From assembly GCA_012026655.1 (NCBI GenBank), contig JAAILG010000124.1, positions 62,001 to 126,000 on the forward strand: 64,000 bases of DNA, written 5' to 3'. The notes under the pieces were generated by a model. The model did not search any database and had not been told where the DNA came from. It saw only the letters and a program-made list of their open reading frames with translations. The position numbers and the translations under genes are program-made. Of the stretch, positions 25,089-39,123 are shown in pieces. Position 1 is the stretch's first letter, and each line of letters opens with the position of its first letter. The DNA is from Hydrolagus affinis. Taxonomy: Eukaryota.

Positions 25089-25398
25089 AATAATAATGGT
25101 AATCCTTGCATTTGATATAGCGCTTTTCATATCATCTAGACGTCTCAAAGCGCTTCACAGAATATACTGTAAAATGAATTGACTGTATATATGTGGATGA
25201 AACGCGGCAGCCAATTGCGCACAGCACTGTCTCCACAAACAGTCGTGGATTGAAAGACCAATTTATTATTGTTTTTTATTATGGATTATGATCAGGCATG
25301 TGGAGTAAGGAAACGTCCCAAGGTTTCCCCTGCCTGGAATTGAACCCAGGTCACTCACTTGTAAGGCGGGTGCTCTAAACACTGAGTTACAGGACTCC
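25089..25398 (-). mobile_element. Full-length Deu-SINE
   Basis: The head on the minus strand reads TCCTGTAACTCAGTGTTTAGAGCACCCGCCTTACAAGTGAGTGACCTGGGTTCAATTCC. Confidence 0.88.
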
Positions 25399-26697
25399 AC
25401 ATTATTCTCACCTGAGAGTAAAAGCACATAATTGTGGAGAAAAGTTAGCCTGGGGAATACATGGATCTAATTAAGGTCTCTGTGGTGAGAAAGGTTCTTC
25501 TTTAAACTGTCCCCAAACATAAGAAGTTCTTATGTCAATGCAAAAGTATCACCTTACTTTACTTGATAGATTATATCATACACTCTGCTGATGTATATCA
25601 GACTCCATGTATGTCATTGTTAAGTGCTTTGAGATGCTATCCTGCGTGGAGAGTGCCATTTAAGTGCAAGTTGTTGTTGTTGTTGATATACAGATGCAAT
25701 TGTTACCCTGATATCTTTTAATTTGCTTGGGACAACAGATGTAAATTTCCACTCCGGATTTAAAATTGGACTTGCTGCTTTTGACAATGTGAGCAAACAA
25801 AACTGCCTTTCTTAGGCTGCAGTGATATTTCACCTTGCAACAGAAGTTCAGAGGTCGCTTTCAATTTCAGATTGATGCTATTCTGGTGTCTTGGAATCAA
25901 TGAGTTAGCAATAAACCTGCAGATGCAAGCCTAGAAATTCTGAATTTGACTGCCCCAACATTACATATTGCTTGTAACATAGTGACTCTCATAAATGAGC
26001 CTGCGTTTGATCACAGTTCTATAACAGTCATAAATACAGAAATTGAGACATAAAGGTTATTTATTTGCACACAATGAAATAAATCCCATAAATACTTCAT
26101 TCAAACTTATGAGATACAATGTCATTGTATATTCATAATTCCATGTAAACCTATGCAGTCTATCTTATGTCAATTCAAATGAGTCACAGAATAAGAGGTA
26201 CCTTGTGTATTCACCCTCTGTATCTTATGTTAGCTGTTCTAGGCCTCTACTTACTTTGTGAAGTCAAGAGTCATTCATCCATGTACAGAGAATGAGAAAG
26301 AGAGAGCAAGTTAATATGGTGTCCGTTTGATGTGCTTAAGACTGTGAATATTATGGTGACCTTTATTGGGGATCAGAGGTGTCGGGGATATCTATCTTCA
26401 GCTTCTTGTATGGAGCTTTATTCTCCTGGGGTTGCTTCATTTTGATAAAATGGAATTTAAAATAACCTTTCTCTCCACTTTTTACCAGTTTACTTCAGGA
26501 CCTATTTTGATCTGGATGGCGTTTGTCACAGAAATATCACGATGAGCTCACAGCATGGTTTCTTCTATTACAATCTCAATTAAATAGCACTCATCTTATA
26601 TCACAGTCTCAATTTTTCAAAATGAAATATCTATTTCTGTGATGGATCCGTTAGAATTGATAAGTTTCTAATGTAAGAGTTGATCTTTTCATTTTGA

Positions 26698-27381
26698 TTA
26701 TAATAATAATAATTCTTGCATTTGATATAGCGCTTTTCACATCTTATTGACGTCTCAAAGCGCGTCACAGAATATACTGTAAAATGAATTGACTGTATAC
26801 TTATAGGTGAAACGCGGCAGCCGATTGCGCACTGCAATGTCCCACAAACAGTCGTGGATCGAAAATGACCAATTTTATTATTGTGGTTTTTTTTGGAGGG
26901 ATTATTATTAGGCGAGTGGAGTAAGGAAACTTTCCTAAGGTTCACCCTGATCAGCCTCAAGTTGAACATAGGTCTCACGCTTGTAACAACAACAACAACT
27001 TCGATTTATATAGCGCCCTCCATGCCAGACGGCGTCTCAGAGTGCTTCACAATAGCAGATCCTGGGATCGCGCCAGAAGCAGGGGTAGAAAGGTGACCAA
27101 AAGCGCGGTTGAAGAGACCTGAAGCTGGGAAGGGAGGGGGCGAGGCGAAGGGAGTGAGGAAGGGAGTTCCAGAACCTTGGGGCATAGTGGCTGAAGGCAC
27201 GGCTGCCGAGGGTGGAGTGGAGGATTCTGGGGACACGGAGGAGGCCAGACCCGGTAGAGTGAAGGCAGCGGGTGCTGGTTTGGGGAAAGAGGAGATCAGA
27301 GAGGTAGGGGGTGCAGAGGAGTGGAGGGACTTGAAAACAAGGGTGAGGAGCAAACGCTCTAACCACTGAGCTACAGGAGCT
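26698..27381 (-). mobile_element. Full-length Deu-SINE interrupted by an L2 fragment (about 26986-27347)
   Basis: The SINE head is split at the anticodon-like loop: ...CACGCTTGTA | (AAC)n L2 ... | ...AACGCTCTAACCACTGAGCTACAGGAG. Confidence 0.85.
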
Positions 27382-29530
27382 CTACAATATTGGAATAAGG
27401 TTATCATTAATAGTTTTTAGGCCTGAGTAGAAAATATCTGGATTAGATGTTCATAATTGCGTGCATATTTAGCGAACATATTAACTACAAAATTTTAGAG
27501 TAACCATTCCACAACAGTTTTGTTATTGTTGACTCCTCAGGCAATGCTGTATTCAACTTGTCTTTGTTGTGATCTTTTCTGGGAATGATTAATGACATTT
27601 TGACTTTAAGGAAAAAACCATAGGAAGTAAAGAATAATTGGCCATTGAATCTGAAGGGACTGTCTGAGACAAAAGACTAATCACGAAAAGTCAATGAAGA
27701 TAAACTGCAGCAACGACCAATACTTTGTAAGATTGCAAGAGATAGTGGGGTTAGGTAGAGGGCAATATAGCTGTCAGTTCAAAGCTACATGCATTATGTG
27801 GAACTGGAAATTAACAGATAAACTGAAACCTACAAATGCAAACGGTGTTATTCAAAATATCCACACAGATGATGCAAGAGCATTTTACAGTACAGTAGTT
27901 CCAACATGATTTGCATAGTTATGAATCAATAATTGAATTAAAAATTTATATTCTATTAATCCTTCCCTCAAAGTGAAGGACAGTAACTAATAAATAATTA
28001 ATACTAATAAATAATTTAAATAAATTAAACTCCCAACAAAGCACATTCATTCTAATCATAGATGTAAATGTGCTTGATTTAGGACATATGATAGTCACAG
28101 AAATTAAACGTGATAAATATATCTTATATAAGATAATTTTTTTTCATTCCTTTTTTTATAACAAATTACCTCAATCTCATATACTGTATGCTTACTATTT
28201 TAATTGTGTATATATAAAATTCTTAGCTTTGGAAATAGTACCTTTCATGTCTTTCACAGTTATACAACAACAGCAAAGTTACATTTATATAGCACTGGAC
28301 AGTCAGTGTTTCGGACCTGAGCTGGGGTCGGGATCGAGGTGGGTGAGAGGCAAGGGGGTGGGGACAGGAGGCTATACCCCTTCTACACTGAAAAGTGTAG
28401 GAGCTGTGTGGTTTGTAAGCAAACAAGGCAGCCAATTTGCACAAGGTAATGTTCTAAAAACAATCATGAAATGAATCATTAATTTTATCTGTGCGACTGT
28501 TGGCCAAGATATTGGGGAAACTCTCTTCTGTTTTTCAAATCTTTTGTGGAACTGGAAAGAAATGCAAATGAGAATTATTATATTCCTTGCATTTTCTGAA
28601 ATTACCAGTAAAAAAAAGAGAATCAGAGAAGGAAATGCTGAACATGAGAAATAACATCAATACTGTATGCAGAAATACAATGAACTAAAGAAGCAGTTAA
28701 TAGCATTATGCCTTTGCTCTTGTTCTTTCAATGAGCCCATTTTATAAAGACAAATATTTGGAACCTGTACAAAAGAATATAACATTAGATTCTAGTCATG
28801 TTATATGTCAAATTGGGTTGAGAGTTTGTAACTACTGGATGTGAACTCCCTAATACACTTCTGACATGTATAATCAAAGACACCGACTCTAAATGGACAA
28901 ATGGGGGAAATAACTCACATTAGCTTTGATATTAAGTGCTTCATTGATGCCAGTAATCTTGGCATACCTATTAAACATGGATAGTTGGGTCATGTAACAT
29001 ATTGTACCCTGCAATAGGTAAGTCAGAGAGTTGTGCTCATGGTGGCAGCAATTAACATTGCCGTTGAGGATGATGTTCTTGGTGATCACAGTAGCCATCG
29101 CATGGGATCTCACAATCTGTATCCATCACTGCACATCAAGCATTGTGAAAACCCCTCGTTATAGTATTAGCCAAGCTGTGAGATTTCAAGTCAGAGCTCA
29201 GGTCTTACAAATTAATCTTGTCCTAATAATGTACTGTACTTTTATCACATTGAAGCACTATTGGTATTACACAGGTCTATTTCTGTATTTATGTTCTTAG
29301 GATATGGAAGTCATTTTCTTTTATGTAAAAAAAGCAAGGATTATTATTATATTCTTAATAATCAACAGGGGGAGATGAAATACTAATAATGTCAAAAGAC
29401 CCATTAAAATCAATGCCTTCTCACTTCAAAATCATTTGTGTTTAGAATATTGGTCAGAGTCTGCTATACATATTTATTGATATTTTCATTTGTATGCTGA
29501 CATTGCTAATGCTATTGATGTTTCCTGCAG

Positions 29531-29701
29531 GATGCATTGGAGATATTAGCAGAAAACTGTGAGTTCAATGAAGATGAACAATCCTATGTGGTTTTTGCAA
29601 GAGCAACATCGGTGCTGAAATCTCTTCCTTATACCATCAGCAGTATGAACATGTTAGAGGGATTACCCAACATGGAAGTCCGAACTAGAGTTATAATTGA
29701 G
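29531..29701 (+). CDS. DNTT: TdT exon 4 (8-kDa domain), 171 nt
   Basis: tttcctgcag| acceptor and GAG|gtgaaa donor. Reads DALEILAENCEFNEDEQSYVVFARATSVLKSLPYTISSMNMLEGLPNMEVRTRVIIE. Confidence 0.97.
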
Positions 29702-30315
29702 GTGAAACTGGAAATAAAACAGACTTTTTCAGAGATTTCAACCATAAATTCTTAGTTATGGAATGATTTTGTGTGACCTTCTGGTATCCAGCAGCAAGGC
29801 TAAAACAACTCATACAAGTTAAATGGAAAGTTCTGAATACTGATCCTGGCAGTCATATAGCTGTGAGACTACTTTATATAGTTTTGTACAGTAACAAAAT
29901 AGAATCAGAATTTCCTTATAGCATTGATTTAATTCCCACAAGTGCTCATTATCATTCTCGCTAGACTGAGTAGCAAGAGAAATTTCACAGTATGATTAAC
30001 TTAATCCGTATTTTAAAATATTGCTTTTAGGGAGAAAAGTTCATATCTAAAAGATTGAGGTTTTTGCCCAGGCATGTGTTATTGGTGCAAGGATTAATTT
30101 AGGCTGTAAATTATACCCTAATGAAGGGATGATGCATTTATAACTACCTTTCATCAATAATTACATCACATGCTATCTTTTCTCTCTCTAATATAAATGC
30201 TGTTTTGAAATAGGAAAGCACGTGTTATTAAATGTTAACAAATTGTGAATTTTTAACTGCCAACAAAGTTTGAAAGGTTTCTGCACCATAACATTTACTT
30301 TACACTTTTACATAG

Positions 30316-30387
30316 GAAATCTTGGAAGATGGCACATCTTCTAAAGTTGAGAGTTTGCTCTGTGATGAACGATACAAAGCAACAAAG
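30316..30387 (+). CDS. DNTT: TdT exon 5, 72 nt
   Basis: ttttacatag| acceptor and AAG|gtaagc donor. Reads EILEDGTSSKVESLLCDERYKATK. Confidence 0.96.
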
Positions 30388-31448
30388 GTAAGCACATATG
30401 CTTGGTGACTAGCCGATAGATTCCTCCACGTTTGTGATATCTGGGGAAACATCTAATCCCTTGTTTTCTTCCTAGGTTTTCACATCACTATATATAAATA
30501 TTATATAAGAGGTCCAGAGCAAAATATGTGAATCAATACTCCCATCATTGCCTTTGAGAATACTTTGTCAATAAAAGATCTGTGCTTTGTGATTTTGTAA
30601 AAAAAAATCTGGTATCAACAAAATTAATTTACATACAAATATAGAAAAACCTTGGAATTTAGTTTAGCGCATGAAGTGAAAAGGTTAATATAATTTTTTC
30701 AAAAAATAAATGGTATAACATCATGGAAGCCAACATTTTTAATTAGGATTCATGAAGCAGTGTTTACACACAAAATATGAATAACATTAAAGAATATGGT
30801 GTGGTCATGGTGCTTAACACAGCAACAGGAGAATTAAGAAAATAATAACATGAAAGATCATAAGGCTCAACGGGTATCCAATTTGGATTGTTCTCAAACT
30901 TAGCTACTTTCTCATTATTTTTCATTCTTTCACTCAGTCATTCTACACAAATACTATCCTTGTTATAAAAAGGTCTACCAAACTCTTTTTGATGGTTAAC
31001 TTGCATTTGCTTGCTTCACTGTAGTAAACAATTTACCTGGATAGGTTTTTAACGATTCCTTCAAAATCTCAAAACTACAAATAAGTCGCATTGAAGCTTC
31101 TTCACAATTACAGTATTCTGTGCTCTGTGAAGCACTTTGAGGCGTCTAGAAGATATGAAATGCAAGGATTATTATTTTTATAATACTCACAATCTTTGCA
31201 TTGATATTGTGCCTTTCACATCAGGAGGACATCTCATAGCTCCTCTTGGGATTTATTGCAAAATGTAGTAAGCAGGAGAATAAACCCTCTACCATTAACC
31301 TCATCACAAAGTTAAATGGTATTGCTACTTGGCATTGCAACGTCTTTCAGGTGATAATAGCATTTCCATGGTAAGTGAACGAAAGTACAAAATACTTAGG
31401 AATAGGAGTCTCAACCAACAACACTAAGCATATCTTTTTTTTTGTTAG

Positions 31449-31589
<141 letters not shown>

Positions 31590-32419
31590 TGATATAAGAA
31601 TGTTAGAAATGTTGGTTCTACTAATAGTGCTTGATTGACTCCAATTGTTTTGTCAGAGTAAAATTATTCTATTTATATTGCTTCACTTTGTACTGAGGCT
31701 CCACTCCTCAGAAGATACATAATCAGATTGCAGTACAAAGCAAAGGTTGGTTGTGGACTGAAAAACATTTATTTGTGGGAAGCCTTTTACTACGGGTTAT
31801 CTCTCAATGCTATACATGGTTATAACTTTATTTTCTGAATGAACATTCTGTGGTTACTGCATAACGAACATATTTTGCGCACAATTTTAACAAATTGATT
31901 TGATTATTATCGTTGCACGATAATAATTAAGGAGAATAATTACCTTACAAACAGTATAATACATTCCATTATTTAGGATAACAGAATCATTCAGATTTTG
32001 CTGGATCGTTATAGGCAAATCCTTTGAAGTCTTGCTTTTTATCGTGGATAGTTATTTGATGCATGTGTCTGATATTTTGCAAAGATTGCTTAGTTTTTTG
32101 GTATTTTGATTGGTTTGTTCACAAGGTCAATTAAAAAATTTCTGAAAATACAGAAAAACAGTGTTATTTTAAAGGATGTATAGCAATATTTTCATTGTGA
32201 TTATATCCCTTGACAACAAAACCAAAAGAGGAATATCAAAGTATTTCTTCAGGCTGTTCCGACGAGGTATCATCACAACAAAGTGTAGGATCCAAGGCAG
32301 CAGGCAAGCTGAACAGAAAAGTTGCCAATGTTACACCTTCAAAGAACTTAACCTTTAAGGGGCCTTGGTCAAATGATACGTTTCACATAAGTTCTGCTCT
32401 TGCTGTTCTTTATTTATAT

Positions 32420-32850
32420 CAACAACAACAAAAACAAAATTACACCTATATAGCGTCTTTCACATTGGGAAGACGTCCCAAAGTGCTGAACAGTCAGGTC
32501 GGGACCCGAGCGGGGAGTGGAGGGTCGGGGTAGGGGGGAGGGGAAGGAGAGTGGGAAAGGGGGAAGAGTTGTTGGGGCAGCTGAAAGCATGGTTGAAGAG
32601 GAAGGTATTGAGACCGGCCTTGAAGGAGGAAAGGGAGGAAGAAAGGCAGAGGAGGGGCTGCGGGATGGAGTTCCACAGTGTGGGAGCAGAGAGGCTGAAA
32701 GCCCGGCCGCCGATGGTTGGGCGGTTAGGGCAGTGGACGCGGAGCAGGCCTGAGTCTGCTGAACGGAGGGTGTGGGCAGGCTGATAGGGGGAGAGTAGGT
32801 CAGAGAAATAGGCGGGGGCAAGGCCGTGAAAGTGAGAACGCGGATCTTGA
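32420..32850 (-). mobile_element. L2 LINE 3' fragment
   Basis: (AAC)n tail, GGGAAGACGTCCCAAAGTGCTGAACAGTCAGG, purine-rich antisense body. Accounts for the P/S-rich ORFs in the ORF track. Confidence 0.85.
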
Positions 32851-33074
32851 ATTCGATTATATCACAGCCTGGATCAAGTTGACCTTTTTAGCTTTCTCTC
32901 TGAGGGGCATTAGCTTTCTCACTGAGGGGCTTTCTCACTGAGAACATTTTTTCTGTGATTCACACATGGACTCACTATCGAATAGCTGCTGTCATTGCTA
33001 AATTACTCTCTGTGGGAGAAGTCTTAAGAAATAGTTGTGGTTCTAAATGTTGCAGGAATATTGCTATTAACATA

Positions 33075-33520
33075 ATAAAACAACAACAACAAAATTACAT
33101 TTATATAGTGCCTTTTATGTCGGGAGGATGCCCCAAGGTGCTGAACAGTCAGGGGTCAGGACCTGAGTAAGGGGGAGGGGTGGGGTAGCGGTTTGGGGAG
33201 GCAGAGGTGGGAGGGCAACTGAAGGCACGGTCGAAAAGGAGGGTCTTGAGATAGGCCTTGAAGGAGGCAAGGGAGTAAGCGAGGTGGAGAGATTGTGGGA
33301 TCGAGTTCCAGTGTGTGGGGGCAGAGAAGCTGAATGCCTGGCCTCCGATGGTAGGGTGGGTCAGGCACGAGACATGGAGCAGACCGGAGCCCGCTGAACG
33401 GAGGGAGTGGGCAGTTTGGTAGGGAAGCGCTTCCCCAGAATATACTATAAATGAATTGACTGTAAATTTTGTGGGTGAACCTCAGCAGCCAATTGCGCAC
33501 AGCAGCGCCCACAAGCAGTT
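33075..33520 (-). mobile_element. L2 3' fragment joined to a Deu-SINE core
   Basis: L2 antisense sequence to about 33425, then directly AAGCGCTTCCCCAGAATATACT...GCAGCCAATTGCGCACAGCAG. Confidence 0.75.
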
Positions 33521-33739
33521 GAGGTTGACTGACACAATCTTGAGAATGCTATCTAGAACCCAGGTACCCAGGTATTGAATACCCAGGTATTGAACCAACA
33601 TAGAATATGAAGCACCCAATGATACAAAATAACCAAAGCTTTATTCCCACCTCATTCAGCAACATAGAAGACATTGAAGAACAAGGATGGCGGGGTGGGA
33701 GTGTGAGAACATGTTAAACTTGACTGAAGATGAATACCT

Positions 33740-34190
33740 CACCTCACCTCAGGCCCTGACAACATCATCATAGATAGATGCATTCTGCACCTCACCGATC
33801 CTGTTATGAACCTTGGTGTCTTTTGCTTGCCTCGGGCCAACTGTCACCTCTTGCCGCCGAGACCCTCATTCGTGGATTTAATATGTCCAGATTTGACTGT
33901 GCTAACTCCCTCCTCGCCGGACCTCCCAACTCATCCCTCCACAAGCTACAGGATTCAGAACTCTGCCACTTGCGTCCTCTCCTGCGCTAGGTTCATGAGC
34001 CGATAACCCCATTCCTTGCCCGGCTCCACTTGCTCCGCATCCACCAAGATTCTCATCTTCGCTTATAAAGCCCTCCATGGTCTTGCTCCTTCATACCTCT
34101 GGGACCTACTAAAATGTTACCAACCTATCCACTCCCTAAATTTGGCAGGCACTGGCCTGCTCTATGTCCCGCACCCTGCCCACCAAACTG
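33740..34190 (+). mobile_element. L2 LINE ORF2 3' remnant
   Basis: Degenerate L2 C-terminal coding patterns: TTTGACTGTGCTAACTCCCTCCTCGCCGGACCTCCC, CAGGATTCAGAACTCTGCC, GCTTATAAAGCCCTCCATGGTCTTGCTCC. Confidence 0.7.
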
Positions 34191-34306
34191 TTAAACTTTA
34201 ATGGGTGCTGTAAAACTTAATGTTGAGTGTTTTGTGTTTCATTCAGATTTATTTTTCCAAATTTAAATGAACACCAATGCGATTAACAATACTTTTGTTC
34301 TCTCAG

Positions 34307-34439
34307 GCTTGATGTACTCTGAAGACATCAATAGCTGTGTACGCAAGGCAGAAGCAAATGCTGTGGGCCAAATTATAGAAAATATTGTCCACAAATGTGT
34401 ACCTACTGCCACCGTGACTTTAACTGGAGGATTTAGAAG
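34307..34439 (+). CDS. DNTT: TdT exon 7, 133 nt
   Basis: ttctctcag| acceptor and AAG|gtgagt donor. Reads (G)LMYSEDINSCVRKAEANAVGQIIENIVHKCVPTATVTLTGGFR(R), containing the PolX TGGFRRG dNTP-binding motif. Confidence 0.97.
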
Positions 34440-34989
34440 GTGAGTAACATATCCAAGCTATAATAAAATTACCGAAATTTAATAAGATCTAGAGCTTCAA
34501 ATAGTGCTTTTAATGAGATTGAGAAAAACGCTAACTTTAAACATAATTAAGTTGTTTTCAGATGCATTATAAAGCATTTGATCTGTTTTGGCATTTAATT
34601 TTTCAAAACAATATATAAATAAATACTTCTTCAAATTTTTTGTATTTTGTTGGATTTTGCTTGTTCTGAACTTTCTTGAACTATGCCAACTCTTGGGAGG
34701 GCTTCATTAGACATAGTTATGAGTTATCATGGTGATATGAGAATATCAGAAAAGCTGAATATTTCATGGTGAATAATGCAGCATTTCGACTCCTGTAGCC
34801 AATGCTGGATCTTGTTTTGCTGGTTTCTAACTTTGTTGAATTATTTAGAAGATGTACATCAGTCACTGCCACCTGCCTGTAGCAACCAAAACTGTCATTT
34901 TGTAAACTGAGCAAGGTACTCGAAGTCTACTTTACATATTGGGTCAACAACCCACAAGGAATATTTACAGGTTGGGTTAACCTTGCACT

Positions 34990-35300
34990 ATAGAAACGTA
35001 TAACACAGAGGAAGGACAATCAGCCCATTGTGGTGTTGATGACTCTGTAAGATCTCTCCATTTAGTTCTATTCCCTCTTCCCCATAATATAAAATACATA
35101 GAAATGTATGACACAATGCCATTAATCCCTTTGTTTGTGTCAGATTTTGCTTCTGCAAGGAGCCATCCATCACAAACCAACTTTCCCATGCTCTCCAATA
35201 TCTTTCCTTTGCATGTGCTTGTCTAATTTTCTTTTAAATGTCCCATATTGACTAAGCTATCCCTGAAACAGGAAGCATCCAACTGCAGAGCAGTACAGTC
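34990..35300 (-). mobile_element. Degenerate CR1 3' end
   Basis: ATAACACAGAGGAAGGACAATCAGCCCATTGTG resembles the reverse complement of the CR1 terminus seen at 41640-41680. Confidence 0.55.
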
Positions 35301-35554
35301 ACAACAAAAGACTTAACCACAGTTTCCCACAACAATAGGCTCTTTCCATGGCCCATGTCACAACAGGCAAAAATGACTCAGTATTAGGTGTAACTGAATA
35401 ATCATTCAGACCACATTCTGAATCAGACAGCATATATCACAAGAATGCCAATTTGATAATGGCATTCACACCTAGTGAGGAGCAGAGTTTATGTGTAATT
35501 CCCTGCTGCTATGCTACAACATCTAAATTAGATATTAGACTAAATTAGAAATAC

Positions 35555-35609
35555 TCTACACAATTACTCAATTATTTTAGATTCTAAAGTAATTGAGTAA
35601 TTGTGCAGA
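35555..35609. repeat. 55-nt near-perfect palindrome
   Basis: Arms 35555-35581 (TCTACACAATTACTCAATTATTTTAGA) and 35583-35609 match as reverse complements at 25 of 27 positions, with a 1-nt spacer. Confidence 0.9.
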
Positions 35610-37154
35610 CTATCTCTTTTAAAATGCACTGTTTTAGAATGGTTCCCATTCTTCAACAGAATTTTTTGTTCCAATGCTAATTAATGTTAGTTCTGTGTCA
35701 TGCGGAGAATTACTGAAGCATAAATAAAGCTTAAAAAAGTTTAAAAAAAATTATTAACGACTTGTATTACACAATCCTAGGGGAAAATTCCAATGAGAAT
35801 TGCACGTTTTCCTCTGGCGATATTAGTCAAATTAGGCGGTATTGAGATTTTCTGATATAGTTGTGCATTGCTAAAATCATTGTGTTGGTATTTTCCTCCT
35901 GAATACTTTTCCAATTTAAGATATAGTGAATTAATGAATTAATGTGTTTAATTCTAAACACTAATTCTCTTGTGTTTAGTGAATTAATCTCCCCTTCCCC
36001 GACCAGACAGTTGATTGGTTTGATCACACCTATAATCGTTTGCATTTATATCACTGACATATCCACAAATCCAACTACAGTACTACTCGAGAGAAAGTCC
36101 AACACAAAACTGCCAGAGAAACAGATGCAATTTTTCAATTGGCTGCCAGGAATCTCATATCCCCTGGAGGCTGCCAGATGGCCCATTTTATTTTAGAAAA
36201 TATAAAAATGTAGTTTAAATTGACTTTTCTTGTGTGGCTTCAGCCACAAATGTCAGCTGCTTGCCAATCAACTGCCACGATAACAGGTCAGTAATGAAAA
36301 TGGCAACATACATATAGAGGGGAACATTTTGTTTCCATGTTTGCACACCACTATTTGTTTCAAAGGACGTGTATCTGAACTTTAAGCTTGTGAACTGGGT
36401 CCAATTTATCCGATTAACCTAATTCTGCATCACTTCAGATTCACTGTCTGTATCCATCTTCATCCATACCACCTGGGTACAATGGATAAGTTCTGGAATG
36501 CCTGACACCAGATGATGTTGATCTATCTATGTTCCCATTTGTTTACGTGGTGCTGCAGATATCAGAAGGAAAACGCAGATAGTTGCAACCATACTGGAAT
36601 GCAACGGTGCAATTTTGAATGTCATTGTGTTCAGTAGGAAAATAACATCTGTCCCTTCAATAATCAGCAATAATTTAATGGCAAATGTTTGTAGATCCTC
36701 ACACCAATCACAAGTATAGCTTTTCACATTGATTCATGCTAACATGAATATACAAGTTTTAACTTTTGTTTTCAAGCTTATTTCTAATTAGACATTGTTT
36801 CATCTGCATGTTCATGCGGCAAATTGAAAATACCTAATCCAACGTACTTCTTTTTCAACATGACAAGTAATATGAACGATTTTCAACAGCAATGAGGATG
36901 CTTTGACACTCTGTCACAACAGCTACTAATAGAAGATAAAAATTTCTCTGTGTTGAAATCATTCATTTGCAGTACGTACGACAGCAGAGCATCAATGATA
37001 AAAATGCCACAAATTTCTACTGTTCCATGTAGCTTTAACAAATATATTTTTTAAATTTAGATTTTGATGGCAGCAAAACGAATGCAATCATTTATCGCAA
37101 CATTCACATGCAAAGACAAGAAAAACATTGCTTGATTTGCAAGGGCAGAATGAG

Positions 37155-37458
37155 AGAATTTCTGTAGCTCAGCGGATACAGCATTCGCCTCGCAAGCGAG
37201 AGCCCAGAATTTGATTCCAGGCAGGGCGAAACCTTGAGCAGGTTTTCTTACTCGACATGCTTAATAATAATCCCTAAAATAAAATGAATAATAATTTTGT
37301 CACTCAATCTATGACTGTTTGTGGGACATTGCTGTGTCCAATTGGCTGCCCACAAAATATACAGTCAGTTCACTTTACCGTATATTCTGTGAATCGCTTT
37401 GAGACGTCTAGAAGACATCAAAAGTGCTATATCAAATGCAAGGATTATTATTATTATT
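37155..37458 (+). mobile_element. Full-length Deu-SINE
   Basis: CTGTAGCTCAGCGG head, Deu core and (ATT)n tail. Confidence 0.85.
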
Positions 37459-39123
37459 ATTAATTCTGGACCAAATAAAATCTGAGCTAATTGCTGACTT
37501 GCTGGACTCACTTCAGAGATTACAGAGAATTCATTGCTCTGTGCTGGCTACTGTGGAAAGTGTTTCTGTAAACATTTTTCTACCTTTGAAATACTTTTGC
37601 CTTGAAATGATATCCTGAATTACATTTGAGTAGCATTTAATGATACAGTATGTCAAATTGGCCGGGTTTTATGATAGTGCGGGGAATATCAGGTAAGAGT
37701 TCATACACATCATAGGCCACATCCTGAGTTACTGATCTCAACAATATTATTGGGAGGTTCTCCCATGAGGAAGAAGAATCACCTTTTATTAAATTCTTTA
37801 TTAGCAATACTACTTAAACCTTGAGGATGGATGGCTAGCAATCTTTTGAACTGGAGAGGCAGTGTGGCACAGCAGGCCCAAAGATAGGGAAGAAAAATAT
37901 CTTACAGCGAGAGAATCTTTCCCTCAGCTAGTGACGTTAGCAAAATATTAAAATTCAATTATATTTGAAGGATTTTTATCTTCTATCTTTTTACATTGAT
38001 CAATCTTCAGTTTTTTTTTTACAAGTTAGACACCAAATCTCAATAAAAGAGCTAGGTTTATTATATGATATTTTGACAATAACCTTGTGGCCACAGTATT
38101 ATCAATGCTATTTGGAAGCTAAATGAACAGGTATTAGATGCATTCTCCTCCACAGTACAGTATTACACTGACGAATGATTTACTGCCTTTTTTTTGCTTC
38201 TTAATGCAATGTCAAATGTGAGCCATCCAATGGAATATTAGATGTAATTATGCAAATCAAATGGCTTAACAACCAGAAATTAAGTACTTGACCTTTAACA
38301 AATCAAAATTAACTTGTGTTGGAGAGAACAGAAGCAAAATGATATGCAAAACTTAACCAAGGAATAAACCGCTTCTCAGGAAGCGTGAGCTTCTCATTTT
38401 AATAAAAAATATTTTTTCAGAATGTCATGTATTGCCATCAAGTGGGTGTTTAAGTGTCTGCACTAAGTGTTTTCTCCCCAAATAAGGTCTCAAAACCAAG
38501 AAGGATAAAAAGTATGGAAGGTGGTTTAATGTTTTTGAAATAGTGGTAAATGTACATTTTGTTAATAATTAAGGCCTGGAAAATATGAGCAAGGTTAGGG
38601 TGTTAAGCACCAATATAGTTACACAGAGTTCAATTTTCCATTTGTATGATGTTTTTACTACTTCATTAGGAATTCTATATAGATTAACCACTCTGCAATG
38701 AGTGTAAGTCAGTCATTTCTTACCAATGCAAAGGAGAATATTTCTTGAGTACTTCAATCATCAACCCTACAGTATTTTTATACTGTCTTTCATCAGAATG
38801 CTTTGAGTTTGTTTTCTGTCTTTGTCTTCTTTGCTCACTGTGAGCTCCCTTTGCATTGTTTTGTTTGCCAACCTTCAAACCTCTTAAAGAGGTGCACTTT
38901 CACCCTGTATCTTCCCACTGGTTTTGTTGCTTTGTTGAGCAAACAAGCATGATTTTCAGTGAGTTTCAAAACTAATCCCTAAAAGCAGGCCTTGAATGTA
39001 TGATTTCAGTGTGTATCTTATGGTTCTATTACATTTTTCTCGTAATGGTTCCCTCCTTATCCTCATACACCTTAATCCCTCTACCCCTTTAGAAATCTAT
39101 TTTACCAACAGTGTTATATTTGT

